Below are positions 27,225 to 37,550 of a stretch of 64,000 nt of DNA, one piece after another; position 1 is the first letter of the stretch; each line of letters opens with the position of its first letter. The position numbers and the translations under genes were made by a program. The DNA lies in the IMG/VR virus record IMGVR_UViG_3300011115_000717, positions 1-64,000 of that record; one strand, given 5' to 3'. The stretch comes from a virus. The notes beneath the pieces are model-generated. The model saw only the letters and a list, made by a program, of their open reading frames with translations. It did not search any database and had not been told where the DNA came from.

Positions 27225-28670
27225 ATGAGTTACCGAGATGAAACCCCGTATGATATTTTAACTGAAAAATGGAATCCCGTGCTTAAGCACGAGGCACTTC
27301 CTTCAATTGGCAATGAATGGAAAACTAAAGTTACTGCAGTTCTACTTGAGAATCAAGAGCAGAACATGCGTGACCAATATCTAACTGAAATATCAACAGG
27401 AAATGATATTGGTGGTGTAGTTTCTGCTACCGCCCAAGGTGGTGTCCGTGGCTACGATCCGATTCTTATCAGTCTTGTTCGTCGTGCTATGCCGAATTTG
27501 ATGGCATATGACATTTGCGGCGTACAACCGATGACCGCCCCAACTGGACTCATCTTTGCGATGCGTGCCAAGTACGGCGATAGTTCAAGTGTATCTACAA
27601 ACTTAAACAATGAAGCCCAATTCCAGGAACCAGATCCTCGTTTCTCTGGTATTTCTGGTCCGTCTGGTGGTTTCGTTGCACAGGGTGGTATTACTGGAAG
27701 TGGTGTTAACCCAACTGGTACTGCAGCTGGATCATATCCTACTGTTGGTAACTTTAATAATGCAAAAAATCAAGCTAACTTTGACTCAATGAGAGCAATG
27801 TTAACTTCATCTGGCGAAAATTTAGATTATGCTGCTTCAACTTCTGCAACAAATGTTATGAATAAGATGTCCTTTACGATTGACCGTGTTGCTGTAGCAG
27901 CAGGTAGCCGTGCACTGAGTGCAGGTTACACAGTCGAATTGGCACAAGATCTTAAGGCTGTTCACGGTCTTGACGCAGAAGCCGAACTCGCAAATCTTCT
28001 CAGCACTGAAATTCTTGCTGAAATTAATCGCGAAATCGTTCGTTCTATCTACTGGGTTGCAAAGCCTGGTACACAGCAATCTGATATTACTACTGTTGGT
28101 ACCTACAATCTGGATCTAGATTCAGATGGTCGTTGGTCTGCTGAACGTTTCCGTGGTCTGGTCTTCCAGATTGAACGTGAATGCAATGCCATCGCTAAGG
28201 AAACCCGTCGTGGTAAGGGTAACTTCGTCATCGTATCTTCCGATGTCGCAAGTGCACTCGCTATGTCAGGCTTCTTGAATCTCTCACCAGCCATCAATAC
28301 CCAACTCGCAGTTGATGATACCGGCAGCACTTTTGCTGGTCTACTCAATGGTAAGCTGAAAGTCTACATTGATCCGTATTCACAGCTTGGTGTTAACTTC
28401 TTCTGCGTTGGTTATAAGGGTGAGTCTCCGTATGATGCAGGTGTATTCTACTGCCCATACGTTCCACTCCAAATGATGAGAGCTATTGATCCGGGTACCT
28501 TCCAACCTCGTATCGCGTTTAAGACACGTTACGGTATGGTTGCTAACCCATACGTTCTCAAGGGAGACGGTACACCATATGGTTCAGATTTTAGCAATCA
28601 AAATGGTGCTAATCAGTACTACCGCCTCACTCGCGTCACTGGTCTGCATGGTAACACCTACGGTACTTAA
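27225..28670 (+). CDS. gp23: major capsid protein gp23
   Basis: EKWNPVL, LLENQE, DPILISLVRRAMPNL, GVQPMTAPTGLIFAMR, ELAQDLKAVHGLDAEAEL, YCPYVPLQM, FQPRIAFKTRYG. Confidence 0.98.
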   Translation: MSYRDETPYDILTEKWNPVLKHEALPSIGNEWKTKVTAVLLENQEQNMRDQYLTEISTGNDIGGVVSATAQGGVRGYDPILISLVRRAMPNLMAYDICGVQPMTAPTGLIFAMRAKYGDSSSVSTNLNNEAQFQEPDPRFSGISGPSGGFVAQGGITGSGVNPTGTAAGSYPTVGNFNNAKNQANFDSMRAMLTSSGENLDYAASTSATNVMNKMSFTIDRVAVAAGSRALSAGYTVELAQDLKAVHGLDAEAELANLLSTEILAEINREIVRSIYWVAKPGTQQSDITTVGTYNLDLDSDGRWSAERFRGLVFQIERECNAIAKETRRGKGNFVIVSSDVASALAMSGFLNLSPAINTQLAVDDTGSTFAGLLNGKLKVYIDPYSQLGVNFFCVGYKGESPYDAGVFYCPYVPLQMMRAIDPGTFQPRIAFKTRYGMVANPYVLKGDGTPYGSDFSNQNGANQYYRLTRVTGLHGNTYGT

Positions 28671-28693
28671 TACGTAGGATAGAGTTTATAAAC

Positions 28694-28726
28694 AAAAACC
28701 CTCGGGCTAAACACCCGAGGGTTTTT
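28694..28726. terminator. bidirectional intrinsic terminator
   Basis: AAAAACCCTCGGG-CTAAACA-CCCGAGGGTTTTT between convergent gp23 and gp3. Confidence 0.9.
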
Positions 28727-28751
28727 CATTGGTTTATATGTTTTTTAAAAA

Positions 28752-29231
28752 TTAATCAAAATCGTAATATGAATAGGTAAATGTAACTCTTGCTTTCATT
28801 GGTGTACTGTCACCAAGATCAGACCTAAAAGTAAGCGCACTTAAAGCAGTTGGAATTACATAATGAAACACTGCAGTTTTGTTGATTGGATAATAATTAG
28901 ATCCAAGAACTTGTAAATATGCAGTGGTTGCCCATGTTCTATACATTTCATTGTCTTTATCGTTAGAAATATTACCGATAGATGACATCCAATCATATAT
29001 GCTTTTCCAGTTTTCGATATTTTCATCTACAATAAATTCGAGAGCAAGTGCTTCAAATGTAAATGTATTTGTAGCAACCGGAATCTGTACACCAAGAGTA
29101 GTAGGCTGTGGGCTTACACTTAATTGAATACCAGGTAACGAAACTGTTTGACCAAACAATTCAAGTTTACTGTCTCCTCGGTCTATAATAAATTTATAAC
29201 AATTTGATAATAATGGATTGATGTTTGTCAT
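28752..29231 (-). CDS. gp3: tail tube terminator/completion protein gp3
   Basis: N.L....YKF...Q.VSLPGI...L.LEFIVDEN.ENW..IYDWM...P..LS.L.F...VTF.Y. Confidence 0.85.
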   Translation of the reverse strand: MTNINPLLSNCYKFIIDRGDSKLELFGQTVSLPGIQLSVSPQPTTLGVQIPVATNTFTFEALALEFIVDENIENWKSIYDWMSSIGNISNDKDNEMYRTWATTAYLQVLGSNYYPINKTAVFHYVIPTALSALTFRSDLGDSTPMKARVTFTYSYYDFD

Positions 29232-29866
29232 AGTAAATAATCTTCTGGATTATCAGACCAACTCTGTGGATCTGATGCTTCGTTGTCGGGAATATAAGGT
29301 AGTTTTAACTCTTCCTTTTTGTATTTTCTTTTCTTTCTATTTTCATTAATTGCCTTTTCCCATTCAGCATTTAATGAGTCAAATAATTCTTCGGATGGTT
29401 CTTCTCTATCTTCTTCTTCATCAATTTCTGAATCCTGAAGATGTTCTTCATAAATTTCTTGTACAAAATCAATAAATTGTGGATCGGAGAACAATGCCCA
29501 TGCAACATCCATGTTATCGTGATCTGATTCTATTTCTGCTAATATAACATCATCCTTTAAACCATTCATGAATTCCAAATACGAATTGTACATATTGAGA
29601 ATATCATCAGATGGTTCTGCCAGATAGATAACATGTTTCATTAAAATAGTAATCGAAGTTTCTTTAATATTAGCCAAATAAGAAGTCACACGCAAACATT
29701 CAATTACCTCACCATCTGGAGTTGATGTTGTATAAAAGACAATCTTAGCCGGGTTTGAGAGAACGACTTCGTCTGGTGATTCATCCACCATTGATATTAA
29801 CTCTTCACCACTAGAGAGTTTAATAACTTTTATAGACGATGAAGCTTTGGGATCTGTTTCTACCAT
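29228..29866 (-). CDS. Sm-like protein with acidic C-terminal extension
   Basis: IKVIKLSSGEELIS...LSNP; downstream of uvsW as in many T4-like phages; GAGGAGG RBS. Confidence 0.65.
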   Translation of the reverse strand: MVETDPKASSSIKVIKLSSGEELISMVDESPDEVVLSNPAKIVFYTTSTPDGEVIECLRVTSYLANIKETSITILMKHVIYLAEPSDDILNMYNSYLEFMNGLKDDVILAEIESDHDNMDVAWALFSDPQFIDFVQEIYEEHLQDSEIDEEEDREEPSEELFDSLNAEWEKAINENRKKRKYKKEELKLPYIPDNEASDPQSWSDNPEDYLL

Positions 29867-29882
29867 GCTTCCTCCTCAATAC

Positions 29883-29889
29883 TATTTAT
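29883..29889 (-). promoter_or_regulatory. late promoter (ATAAATA)
   Basis: tatttat on the + strand, just upstream of the RBS of the 29866 gene. Confidence 0.55.
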
Positions 29890-29901
29890 CCAAAACAAGT
29901 T

Positions 29902-31398
29902 TTATATTTTGATCTTAAAAACTTTATGATCAAACTTTTCTTTTTTGTATATTTTAATACGTTGTTCAAAATGTTTCAGCACATGATTTTTATAACTTTT
30001 CCATGACATATCATCAACGATATCAAACACCTTTAGTGTTTGTTTAATTGCAGACGTTCTTAATCCACGCCCAATGCTCTGTAATAAGCGTATTACTGAT
30101 TTTGTCGGTGATGCAAAGATAATATTGTCGAGATGTACAATATTAATACCTGTGCTGGTAGTACCAAAAGAGGCAACAAGAATGGCATTTTTTTCTTTGT
30201 CGATTATCTTTCGAATAAATTCTCTATTTTCTGCATCAACTTTACCTGAAATGAAGTATACTTTCTTTTCTGGATATTGTTTTTGAATCAACTCATAAAG
30301 TGGTTTACCATGCTTTTCAACATAGTTAAAAAGAACCAATGTATTACCTTGGGTTTCACCACACAATTTTACAATAAAATCATTGCGTTTTGAATTTTCA
30401 ACCAAATAAGCCATTTCGTCTTGATATTTTAATTTTTTGACTCTATGCCTAGTTTGCTCATCATAATCCAAAACAATACAGTCTATCCCAAGCTTTGCCA
30501 GTACTCCTTTACTGATCAGCCCCCTTGTTGTTATAAACTGTACAGATGGCCCTAGCGTGCCCTCTATTGAGAGTTTATGCGCCAAGGTCTGATCCAGCGT
30601 ACCTGTAGTCCCGAGCCTAAACCAAGCCTTTGTCAGTTTTTTACCAATATTGACCAAAGAGTCTGCTTTTACAAGATGACACTCATCAAAAATTACAGCC
30701 TCGAACTGATCAAACCATTCTTTAGGAAGTTTGTACACAGACTGCCACGTAGATACGACAACTGGCTTATCTGTTAATTTTTCCTTGCCAGCACTGATTT
30801 TATGTACAAATTTTGTTACAGACCAAGATTTATCATTTTTTGAATAATCAAAGAAGTCTGCTTCCATCTGCTGAACTAACCCAACAGTGGGGACTAATAA
30901 TAGAATTTTCTTGGGAGCCTTTAGGCAGTACCGTAATAAGTATCGAATTATTAGATAAATTATAAGCGACTTACCACTACCCGTTGGTGATACTACAACA
31001 GATCGGGCATGTGTTAATGCGTGTAAGACAGCATTTTTTTGATGTGGATGTGGGATTACAGGTTCTTTTTTAACAGTGACATTTAAAGTTTTATAAAATT
31101 CATCAAATGATTCAGAATTTATGTCAATTGGATCTACAGTTTTATCATCAAAAATAACATTGTAATGTCGTTCATCACAGAATCGTTTAAGATATGACTT
31201 GAGTCCGCATGGAAGTGTAGAACTATTAATCTCATATAATTTAATTTTTCCATCCCATATACGAGATTTGTATAAGGGCATGTATTCTGCACCTGGAACC
31301 TTAAATGAAAAATAAGAACGAAGTTCTCTTTTTACAGAATCTTCGCAATCAATTTTATATTTTGTATGGTCTTCTGCTGATGCAATGATATTATACAC
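29902..31398 (-). CDS. uvsW: SF2 DNA helicase UvsW
   Basis: WDGKI, SPTGSGKS, DECH, GTTGTL, STGINI, LQSIGRGLR. Confidence 0.97.
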   Translation of the reverse strand: MYNIIASAEDHTKYKIDCEDSVKRELRSYFSFKVPGAEYMPLYKSRIWDGKIKLYEINSSTLPCGLKSYLKRFCDERHYNVIFDDKTVDPIDINSESFDEFYKTLNVTVKKEPVIPHPHQKNAVLHALTHARSVVVSPTGSGKSLIIYLIIRYLLRYCLKAPKKILLLVPTVGLVQQMEADFFDYSKNDKSWSVTKFVHKISAGKEKLTDKPVVVSTWQSVYKLPKEWFDQFEAVIFDECHLVKADSLVNIGKKLTKAWFRLGTTGTLDQTLAHKLSIEGTLGPSVQFITTRGLISKGVLAKLGIDCIVLDYDEQTRHRVKKLKYQDEMAYLVENSKRNDFIVKLCGETQGNTLVLFNYVEKHGKPLYELIQKQYPEKKVYFISGKVDAENREFIRKIIDKEKNAILVASFGTTSTGINIVHLDNIIFASPTKSVIRLLQSIGRGLRTSAIKQTLKVFDIVDDMSWKSYKNHVLKHFEQRIKIYKKEKFDHKVFKIKI

Positions 31399-31404
31399 TG
31401 CAAT

Positions 31405-31411
31405 TATTTAT
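31405..31411 (-). promoter_or_regulatory. late promoter (ATAAATA) of uvsW
   Basis: 6 nt upstream of the GTG start. Confidence 0.55.
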
Positions 31412-31415
31412 GCCA

Positions 31416-31853
31416 TCATGAGATACCGTTAACAAGCTTATTCCAATCAATCGCAGACTTAATAGAGAAATTTCTATTAGTTAAAACCTTTAAAAAATCT
31501 TCTACCATTTTAACTTTAATTTCAAGAATATTTAAATCGGTTACAATTTTTAATAAGATAGGATCTGCTTCTAAAAATTTATCTAGATCAGTTTTTAATA
31601 ATTTCATTTGAAATGGATCTTCACCCCATTCTATCAACTCATCTTGAGTTGCGTGACCAGTGTAAATCTTCCATTTTCTCAATCGCATGATTAAAAATGC
31701 ATTATTTAATTTTTGTAATTCTATCTTAAGGTCTGCGTGTATATTTAAGTACTTACCATGTATAGCAGGAGTTCTTATAGCTTCTTTACCTAACTCTGTA
31801 GAGTCTATTAAAGAATCTTTTTTAATGTTATCTTTAAGGGTTTCTAAATTCAT
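31416..31853 (-). CDS. uvsY: recombination mediator UvsY
   Basis: D..ID..ELG.E....P..HGKYL...W..YTG...DLDKFLEAD...R.F.IK.AIDW. Confidence 0.9.
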   Translation of the reverse strand: MNLETLKDNIKKDSLIDSTELGKEAIRTPAIHGKYLNIHADLKIELQKLNNAFLIMRLRKWKIYTGHATQDELIEWGEDPFQMKLLKTDLDKFLEADPILLKIVTDLNILEIKVKMVEDFLKVLTNRNFSIKSAIDWNKLVNGIS

Positions 31854-31862
31854 TATAAGTAT

Positions 31863-31928
31863 ACTATAGAGTATCCTTTAAGAAAAGTCAAGATATATCT
31901 TGATTATTTATTAAAAATATGTTATAAT
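31863..31928. promoter_or_regulatory. divergent sigma70-type promoters (uvsY and glycan island)
   Basis: - strand TTGACT (31886-31891), 17 bp, TATAGT (31863-31868); + strand TTGATT (31900-31905), 17 bp, TATAAT (31923-31928). Confidence 0.7.
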
Positions 31929-31956
31929 ATTGTTTATAAGTATCCTTTAAATTAAA

Positions 31957-32640
31957 TTGAATATGATTATAGATCTAAGACAAATACCTACCGTATGGAT
32001 TAATCTTGATAGTGCTACTGGCAACGCATCAATCATGAACGAAAGATTTCGTGAGCACAGATTTTCCAACACCCATCGCAAATCAGCCTTACAAATAGCC
32101 CCACCACACGGGACACCAGATACAATCAAACATTATGTTGGTTGCGCTCAATCACATATTGATATTTTAGAGGATATGCGATATGATTGTCCTCTTCTAA
32201 TTTTAGAAGACGATGCTGAATTTACACCAGATTTTCATCCTCAAATCGAAGTAAAAGATGATACGGATGCTGTGTATCTTGGAGTTTCTTCTGGTAACCA
32301 ACATTATATTACTAAACGTATAGATAAACATTATATGCGTATTGGTAAAATTTTAGCAACACACGCAATTTTATATCTGAATAAAGATTATAGAAAAACT
32401 GTTGCTGACATAGCTAAAATTTTTGCTTATAGATTAAAGATTCCATTTGATAATGGATGTGCATTAGTACAAGAAAGATTTAATGTTATTACTCCAAATA
32501 AACCTTTTTTTGTTCAAGCTAATGCAAGACAAAGTGCTAATCAATGGGAAGTAGTAACCTCTAAACCATTGGTAGACAAGAATAGCGAGTTTCCTATTCG
32601 AGACCAAAATGTTAAATTAGAAATACAGGTGCCAGCATGA
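31957..32640 (+). CDS. glycosyltransferase, GT25-like
   Basis: VWINLD...GCAQSH...LILEDDA...VYLG...THAI. Confidence 0.8.
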   Translation: MNMIIDLRQIPTVWINLDSATGNASIMNERFREHRFSNTHRKSALQIAPPHGTPDTIKHYVGCAQSHIDILEDMRYDCPLLILEDDAEFTPDFHPQIEVKDDTDAVYLGVSSGNQHYITKRIDKHYMRIGKILATHAILYLNKDYRKTVADIAKIFAYRLKIPFDNGCALVQERFNVITPNKPFFVQANARQSANQWEVVTSKPLVDKNSEFPIRDQNVKLEIQVPA

Positions 32641-33425
32641 TATCATGTCAAACTATAGGAACTAATGGTAGATTTGGTAACCAAATGTTTCAATATGCTA
32701 CTCTTTATGCTTTAGGTAAAGAATTAAATTATAAGATTGGTGTACCATATAAACAACGTAGTCCAAACGATAAATTAGATTTTTGTTTGTCAGATGCGTT
32801 TGACCTGTCGGCATCAGATTCATCTCAAAATTTTATGAGTTCTATGTATATAGAACCTCACTTTAATTATGATGCAAATATCCATAATATTCCAGACAAT
32901 TGTGATATTAGAGGCTATTTTCAAACAGAAAAATATTTTAAAAAGTATAAAAAAGATTTAATTAATAAAGAATTTAAATTTAAACAATCTATAGAAACTC
33001 AAGCAAATGAATTATTTGCAGGAAAAAATTCTGAATTAGTTTCTTTGCATATGCGATTAGGTGATTATTTAAATGTACCAGAATGTCACCCCGTATGTTC
33101 TATTGAATATTACAAAGAATCTCTTAAATTAATACCTGCTGATGTACAAATAATATTGTTCAGTGATGATTACGGTGTTGCAAATAATATTATTAAACAT
33201 TTAGGTAGACATGTAATGATGTATGGCAGCAATGATAAATTTTTAGATATGTGTTTAATGACAAAATGTGAATATCATATTATTGCAAACAGTTCATTTA
33301 GTTGGTGGGGATCTTGGTTATCGAATAGTAAAAAAACCATTGCACCAAAACAATGGTTTGGCTCTTCACCAAATATGCCAAAAAATTGGGATAGTATTTA
33401 TTCTGACGGCTGGGATATTGTATGA
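32637..33425 (+). CDS. alpha-1,2-fucosyltransferase-like, GT11
   Basis: GRFGNQMFQYA, GYFQ.EKYF, HMRLGDY, FSDD, IIANSSFSWWG. Confidence 0.93.
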   Translation: MISCQTIGTNGRFGNQMFQYATLYALGKELNYKIGVPYKQRSPNDKLDFCLSDAFDLSASDSSQNFMSSMYIEPHFNYDANIHNIPDNCDIRGYFQTEKYFKKYKKDLINKEFKFKQSIETQANELFAGKNSELVSLHMRLGDYLNVPECHPVCSIEYYKESLKLIPADVQIILFSDDYGVANNIIKHLGRHVMMYGSNDKFLDMCLMTKCEYHIIANSSFSWWGSWLSNSKKTIAPKQWFGSSPNMPKNWDSIYSDGWDIV

Positions 33426-34219
33426 AAAATTATTCAGATATTACTTTTATAATACCATTGCGATGTGAATCTAAGTCTCGTTTATTAAATTTAGATATTA
33501 TACTTCATTGGATTAAATCTAAATTTAATTCTCCTGTTATTGTAAAAGAAAATAATACTGACCCTATTGGTCAAAATATTTGTTCTAAGTATGATAATGT
33601 ACAATATATATTTGAAAAATCTGACAATACTATTTTTCATCGTACTAAATTATTAAATGATATGATCCTAGAATGTAAAACAAAATATATTTCTAATTTT
33701 GATTGTGATGTAATATTACCAGTAGAAAATTTAAATTTGGCTTTACAGTTATTAAAACACAAATACGATTTTGTATACCCATATACTTATGGTCATGGAT
33801 TTCAAAAAAGAATACATCATTCAAATTGGGAAAAATTTAAAAAATCTTTAAATTTAGATGATTTAAATACAGATTTATGGATAGCTGGGGTCGGACATTG
33901 TTTTATTGCAAAAACTGATAGTTACATTAAAGCATATGGAGAAAATGAAAATTTTATAGGATGGGGACCAGAAGATTTGGAACGATTTAAAAGATTTAAA
34001 AAATTAAATTTTAATACAACACATCTTCCTAATAGTTATTTTATATATCATATTGAACATCTAAGAACACAAAATTCTTGTAATTTGCATTCTGATTTTG
34101 ACAATAATAATAAATTAGAAAAAAAATTAAATTTAATGGATAAAGAAAATATAATTAACTATTATAAAAATTTAGATTATGTTAAAAATCGAAAATTTAA
34201 TAGTGAAATTTCTGTGTAA
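33422..34219 (+). CDS. GT-A glycosyltransferase (GT2/GT7-like galactosyltransferase)
   Basis: ITFIIPLR, DCD motif, GENENFIGWGPED, YHIEH. Confidence 0.8.
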   Translation: MKNYSDITFIIPLRCESKSRLLNLDIILHWIKSKFNSPVIVKENNTDPIGQNICSKYDNVQYIFEKSDNTIFHRTKLLNDMILECKTKYISNFDCDVILPVENLNLALQLLKHKYDFVYPYTYGHGFQKRIHHSNWEKFKKSLNLDDLNTDLWIAGVGHCFIAKTDSYIKAYGENENFIGWGPEDLERFKRFKKLNFNTTHLPNSYFIYHIEHLRTQNSCNLHSDFDNNNKLEKKLNLMDKENIINYYKNLDYVKNRKFNSEISV

Positions 34220-34240
34220 TATTTATTATATTATATAAAA

Positions 34241-35233
34241 ATGAACAGAAAAAAAATTAAATATAAAAAAATAATAATTTGGGGTCACCCATTATATTCT
34301 CATACACATTCTTATATTCATGAAGCATATTATAAAGCTTTTAAATATTTGGGATATGATGTTTACTGGTTTGATGATAAAAATTACCCTATTGATTTTG
34401 ATTACAATAATTGTTTATTTATTGGAGAAGGCTTTGCTGCTGATAATTTACCTTTAAATAATACAAGTTGTTATATGATAATGTATTGTCCATCACCGGC
34501 AAAATATATTGAAGCTGGAGTTGGTCGGTATATTGATATAAGAATGGCTGCAACAGATTTTAAAGATCATATACAAGAATATTCTTTAGATAAATCTTTG
34601 GTAACAAATATAGGTCCCTCGTGTTATTATGAGCCAAAGACAAATAACAATATAATAATTAAAAATAATTATGTAAATTATTCAATTAAAGATTTTGATA
34701 AAATTTATATATCTTGGGCTACAAATTTATTACCTTGTGAAATAAATTTTGATGATATGCATCTACCACGAGAAAATAATATATATTATTGTGGAACTAT
34801 ATCATATTCCGGTGAATGTGAAACTGTCTCAAATTTAAATCCATTTATAGAATCATGTAAAGAATATAAAATAAATTTTATACACAATGATTGTTGGCAT
34901 AACCCATTAACAAGTGCACAAGTTATTGAATTATCAAAAAAATCTATTTTGGGTATTGATATTCGTGGGAAAAAACACATAAAAGAAAATTTAGTAACAT
35001 GTAGAGTATTTAAAAATATAAGTTACGGTCATCTGGGGTTAACAAATTCACTTGCAATATACGAATCAATGGATGGTAATTGTATTTACAATATAGATAC
35101 CAAACAACTCTTTCATGATGGTATAAATAATAAAAACAATTATAAATTAATAAAAAAAGGTATGAATTATGTTAAAAATAATCATACGTACCTTAATAGA
35201 ATAAATTCTTTGTTAGAAGTAGTCAATATATGA
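34241..35233 (+). CDS. putative GT-B glycosyltransferase (CgeB-like C-terminus)
   Basis: HTHSYIH N-terminus; CRVFKNISYG...TN...HTYLNRI. Confidence 0.6.
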   Translation: MNRKKIKYKKIIIWGHPLYSHTHSYIHEAYYKAFKYLGYDVYWFDDKNYPIDFDYNNCLFIGEGFAADNLPLNNTSCYMIMYCPSPAKYIEAGVGRYIDIRMAATDFKDHIQEYSLDKSLVTNIGPSCYYEPKTNNNIIIKNNYVNYSIKDFDKIYISWATNLLPCEINFDDMHLPRENNIYYCGTISYSGECETVSNLNPFIESCKEYKINFIHNDCWHNPLTSAQVIELSKKSILGIDIRGKKHIKENLVTCRVFKNISYGHLGLTNSLAIYESMDGNCIYNIDTKQLFHDGINNKNNYKLIKKGMNYVKNNHTYLNRINSLLEVVNI

Positions 35234-36168
35234 ATATATTAGTTATAAATCATTCTGTAGAAAATTGTGGCGTATATCAATACGGTAAACGTGTTGGTCA
35301 CATTCTAAAGAAATCAAAAAAATATAAATTTATTTATTTAGAACAAAATTCTCAAGAAGAACTAGATCAAAATATTGAAATATATAAACCAAAAATTATA
35401 ATATATAATTATTTAGGTGGAACAATGCCTTGGGTAAATCCATATACCGTGGCTAACATAAGATCTAAAAATATTAAACAATTTTTAATTGTACATAATG
35501 GTGGATATGCGCAGTTTTTTGATTATTATTTACACCAAGACCCTTATTACAACTCGTCTGATAATATAAATTTTGCTTTAATGCGGCCTTTATTTGATTA
35601 TAAGCCCAAAACAGCAAAACATAATACCAATATTATTAAAATAGGGTCTTTTGGGTTTGGGTTGAGGTGTAAATATATACATGATATATGTAATATAGTA
35701 AAACAACAAATGTCCAATAAAAATGTTGAAATTAATTTACATTTAACAAATGCTCATTTTTCAAATGGAAATGATATAGATGGTATTAAAACAGATTGTT
35801 TAAATATTTTATCTGGTACTAATATAAAATTAAATGTCACAACTGATTTTCTATCCGATAAACAAATTTTAGATTTTTTATATAATAATAATTTAAATAT
35901 ATTTTTCTATGAAAAGTATAATTTTTATAATGGGATATCATCCACTATTGATTATGCTCTTTCGGTAAAAAAACCACTTGCCATATGTCAAAGTAATATG
36001 TTTAGTCATATATGGGATGTTACCCCATCAATTTGTGTAGAAAATAATTCTCTAGAAAATATTATTAATAATAAATTTACTCCGTTATTAGAAAAAGCTA
36101 CTAGTTGGAACAATAAAAATTTTATTACTCATATGGAATCAATTATAGAAAAAGTTTTAAATGTTTAA
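35230..36168 (+). CDS. putative glycosyltransferase (GT-B-like)
   Basis: CGVYQYG, IGSFGF, GISSTIDYALS.KKPLAI; island context. Confidence 0.5.
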   Translation: MNILVINHSVENCGVYQYGKRVGHILKKSKKYKFIYLEQNSQEELDQNIEIYKPKIIIYNYLGGTMPWVNPYTVANIRSKNIKQFLIVHNGGYAQFFDYYLHQDPYYNSSDNINFALMRPLFDYKPKTAKHNTNIIKIGSFGFGLRCKYIHDICNIVKQQMSNKNVEINLHLTNAHFSNGNDIDGIKTDCLNILSGTNIKLNVTTDFLSDKQILDFLYNNNLNIFFYEKYNFYNGISSTIDYALSVKKPLAICQSNMFSHIWDVTPSICVENNSLENIINNKFTPLLEKATSWNNKNFITHMESIIEKVLNV

Positions 36169-36775
36169 TTCATTAGCTAAACAAGATCAATTTGTAGTAA
36201 ATTTTTTAAATTTTAAAGAATACGGATTTTATGTTGATATAGGTAGTCATTTTTCACAAAAAAATAATAATAGTTATTTTTTTCAAACTTTAAATTGGAA
36301 AGGTTTGACCGTTGAAATAGATAGTATCTATAACGAAAGTTATCTTACACGTAAAGATAATACACATATAAACCAAGATGCATGTCTAATTAACTATAAG
36401 TTACTTTTTAAACAATGTAATTTTCCAAAAACTATTGATTATCTTTCATTAGATGTAGATGAATTGAGTTTGTCTGTTTTACAAATATTACCTTTTGATG
36501 AATATAGTTTTTCTATTATTACTATAGAACATGATGCTTATTTACATGGTGATACGTATAGATTACCACAACGAAATTTGTTAAAAGACCATGGATATGA
36601 TTTAATTTGCTCAAATGTTTTTGTCGAACAAACTGGTTATAATATTAAAAATTCTCCTTTTGAAGATTGGTATATTAAACCAGAATATTTTGATAAAACT
36701 TTGATAGAAACAATTCGTAGTGAATCAGAGTACCCGTCCCAAATATTAAACAAATTTAAAAATATTAAAAGATAA
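36161..36775 (+). CDS. FkbM-like SAM methyltransferase
   Basis: S..KQD.FV, YVDIG, NNSY, WKG..VE, IDYLSLDVD, ITIEH, EDWY. Confidence 0.8.
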   Translation: MFNSLAKQDQFVVNFLNFKEYGFYVDIGSHFSQKNNNSYFFQTLNWKGLTVEIDSIYNESYLTRKDNTHINQDACLINYKLLFKQCNFPKTIDYLSLDVDELSLSVLQILPFDEYSFSIITIEHDAYLHGDTYRLPQRNLLKDHGYDLICSNVFVEQTGYNIKNSPFEDWYIKPEYFDKTLIETIRSESEYPSQILNKFKNIKR

Positions 36776-36781
36776 ATTTTT

Positions 36782-37549
36782 ATGAAACCACAATTGGGTG
36801 TCATGTTAACATGTTATGACGAAATTGAAGCTGTAAAATATGCTGTTGAACAATTTAGAATATATTATCCAGATACAAAAATTTATTTAGTTACTGAAAG
36901 TAAAGAACAACAATATATTAAAATTTTTAAAAATGATAAAAATATTAAAGTTAATTATGTAGAAGATAGTATGAGTTTTTATTATAATACTCCAAATTTA
37001 CCTATAATATACCAAACAGCTGATATCCAACTTAAAATTAAAAAAGCAGTTTTATGTTTTTTAACACGATTAAATGATGCAATAAAATATTGTGATTCTG
37101 ATTATATGCTTTTAATGGACCCAGATGTATTAATACGAGGTCAGCTTACTATTTCCAATGAAAAAAAATTATTAGGATCTCTTGCTAATTCTGGTGTCCC
37201 TAATAATATTAAAAATATTCTATCTAACATAGAAGGTGCTATACCTATAGATCGATGGGGAGCCACTCCAGGTATATTTCATACAGAAACATTCAAAAAA
37301 GCTTATTTAAAATTTTTAAGTATAGAAAATTTATTAACTCAATTAACAATGAATTGGTATGCTATGTATGCTCATGATATTATTATACCAATAATGTTTT
37401 CTTTAATTGGAGAAAGAGAATATTACAATAATGATTTTATTGAATGTAATACTGACCCAAATTGGAAAAATACAGATAAAAAATTAGTGCATCATTTTAA
37501 AAAATATTATAAAAACGCAACATATAAATTTCCTTGGTGGAGAGATTAA
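36782..37549 (+). CDS. putative GT-A glycosyltransferase
   Basis: GT2-like N-terminus, LLMDPDV DxD-like motif, C-terminal VHH. Confidence 0.55.
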   Translation: MKPQLGVMLTCYDEIEAVKYAVEQFRIYYPDTKIYLVTESKEQQYIKIFKNDKNIKVNYVEDSMSFYYNTPNLPIIYQTADIQLKIKKAVLCFLTRLNDAIKYCDSDYMLLMDPDVLIRGQLTISNEKKLLGSLANSGVPNNIKNILSNIEGAIPIDRWGATPGIFHTETFKKAYLKFLSIENLLTQLTMNWYAMYAHDIIIPIMFSLIGEREYYNNDFIECNTDPNWKNTDKKLVHHFKKYYKNATYKFPWWRD

Positions 37550-37550
37550 T

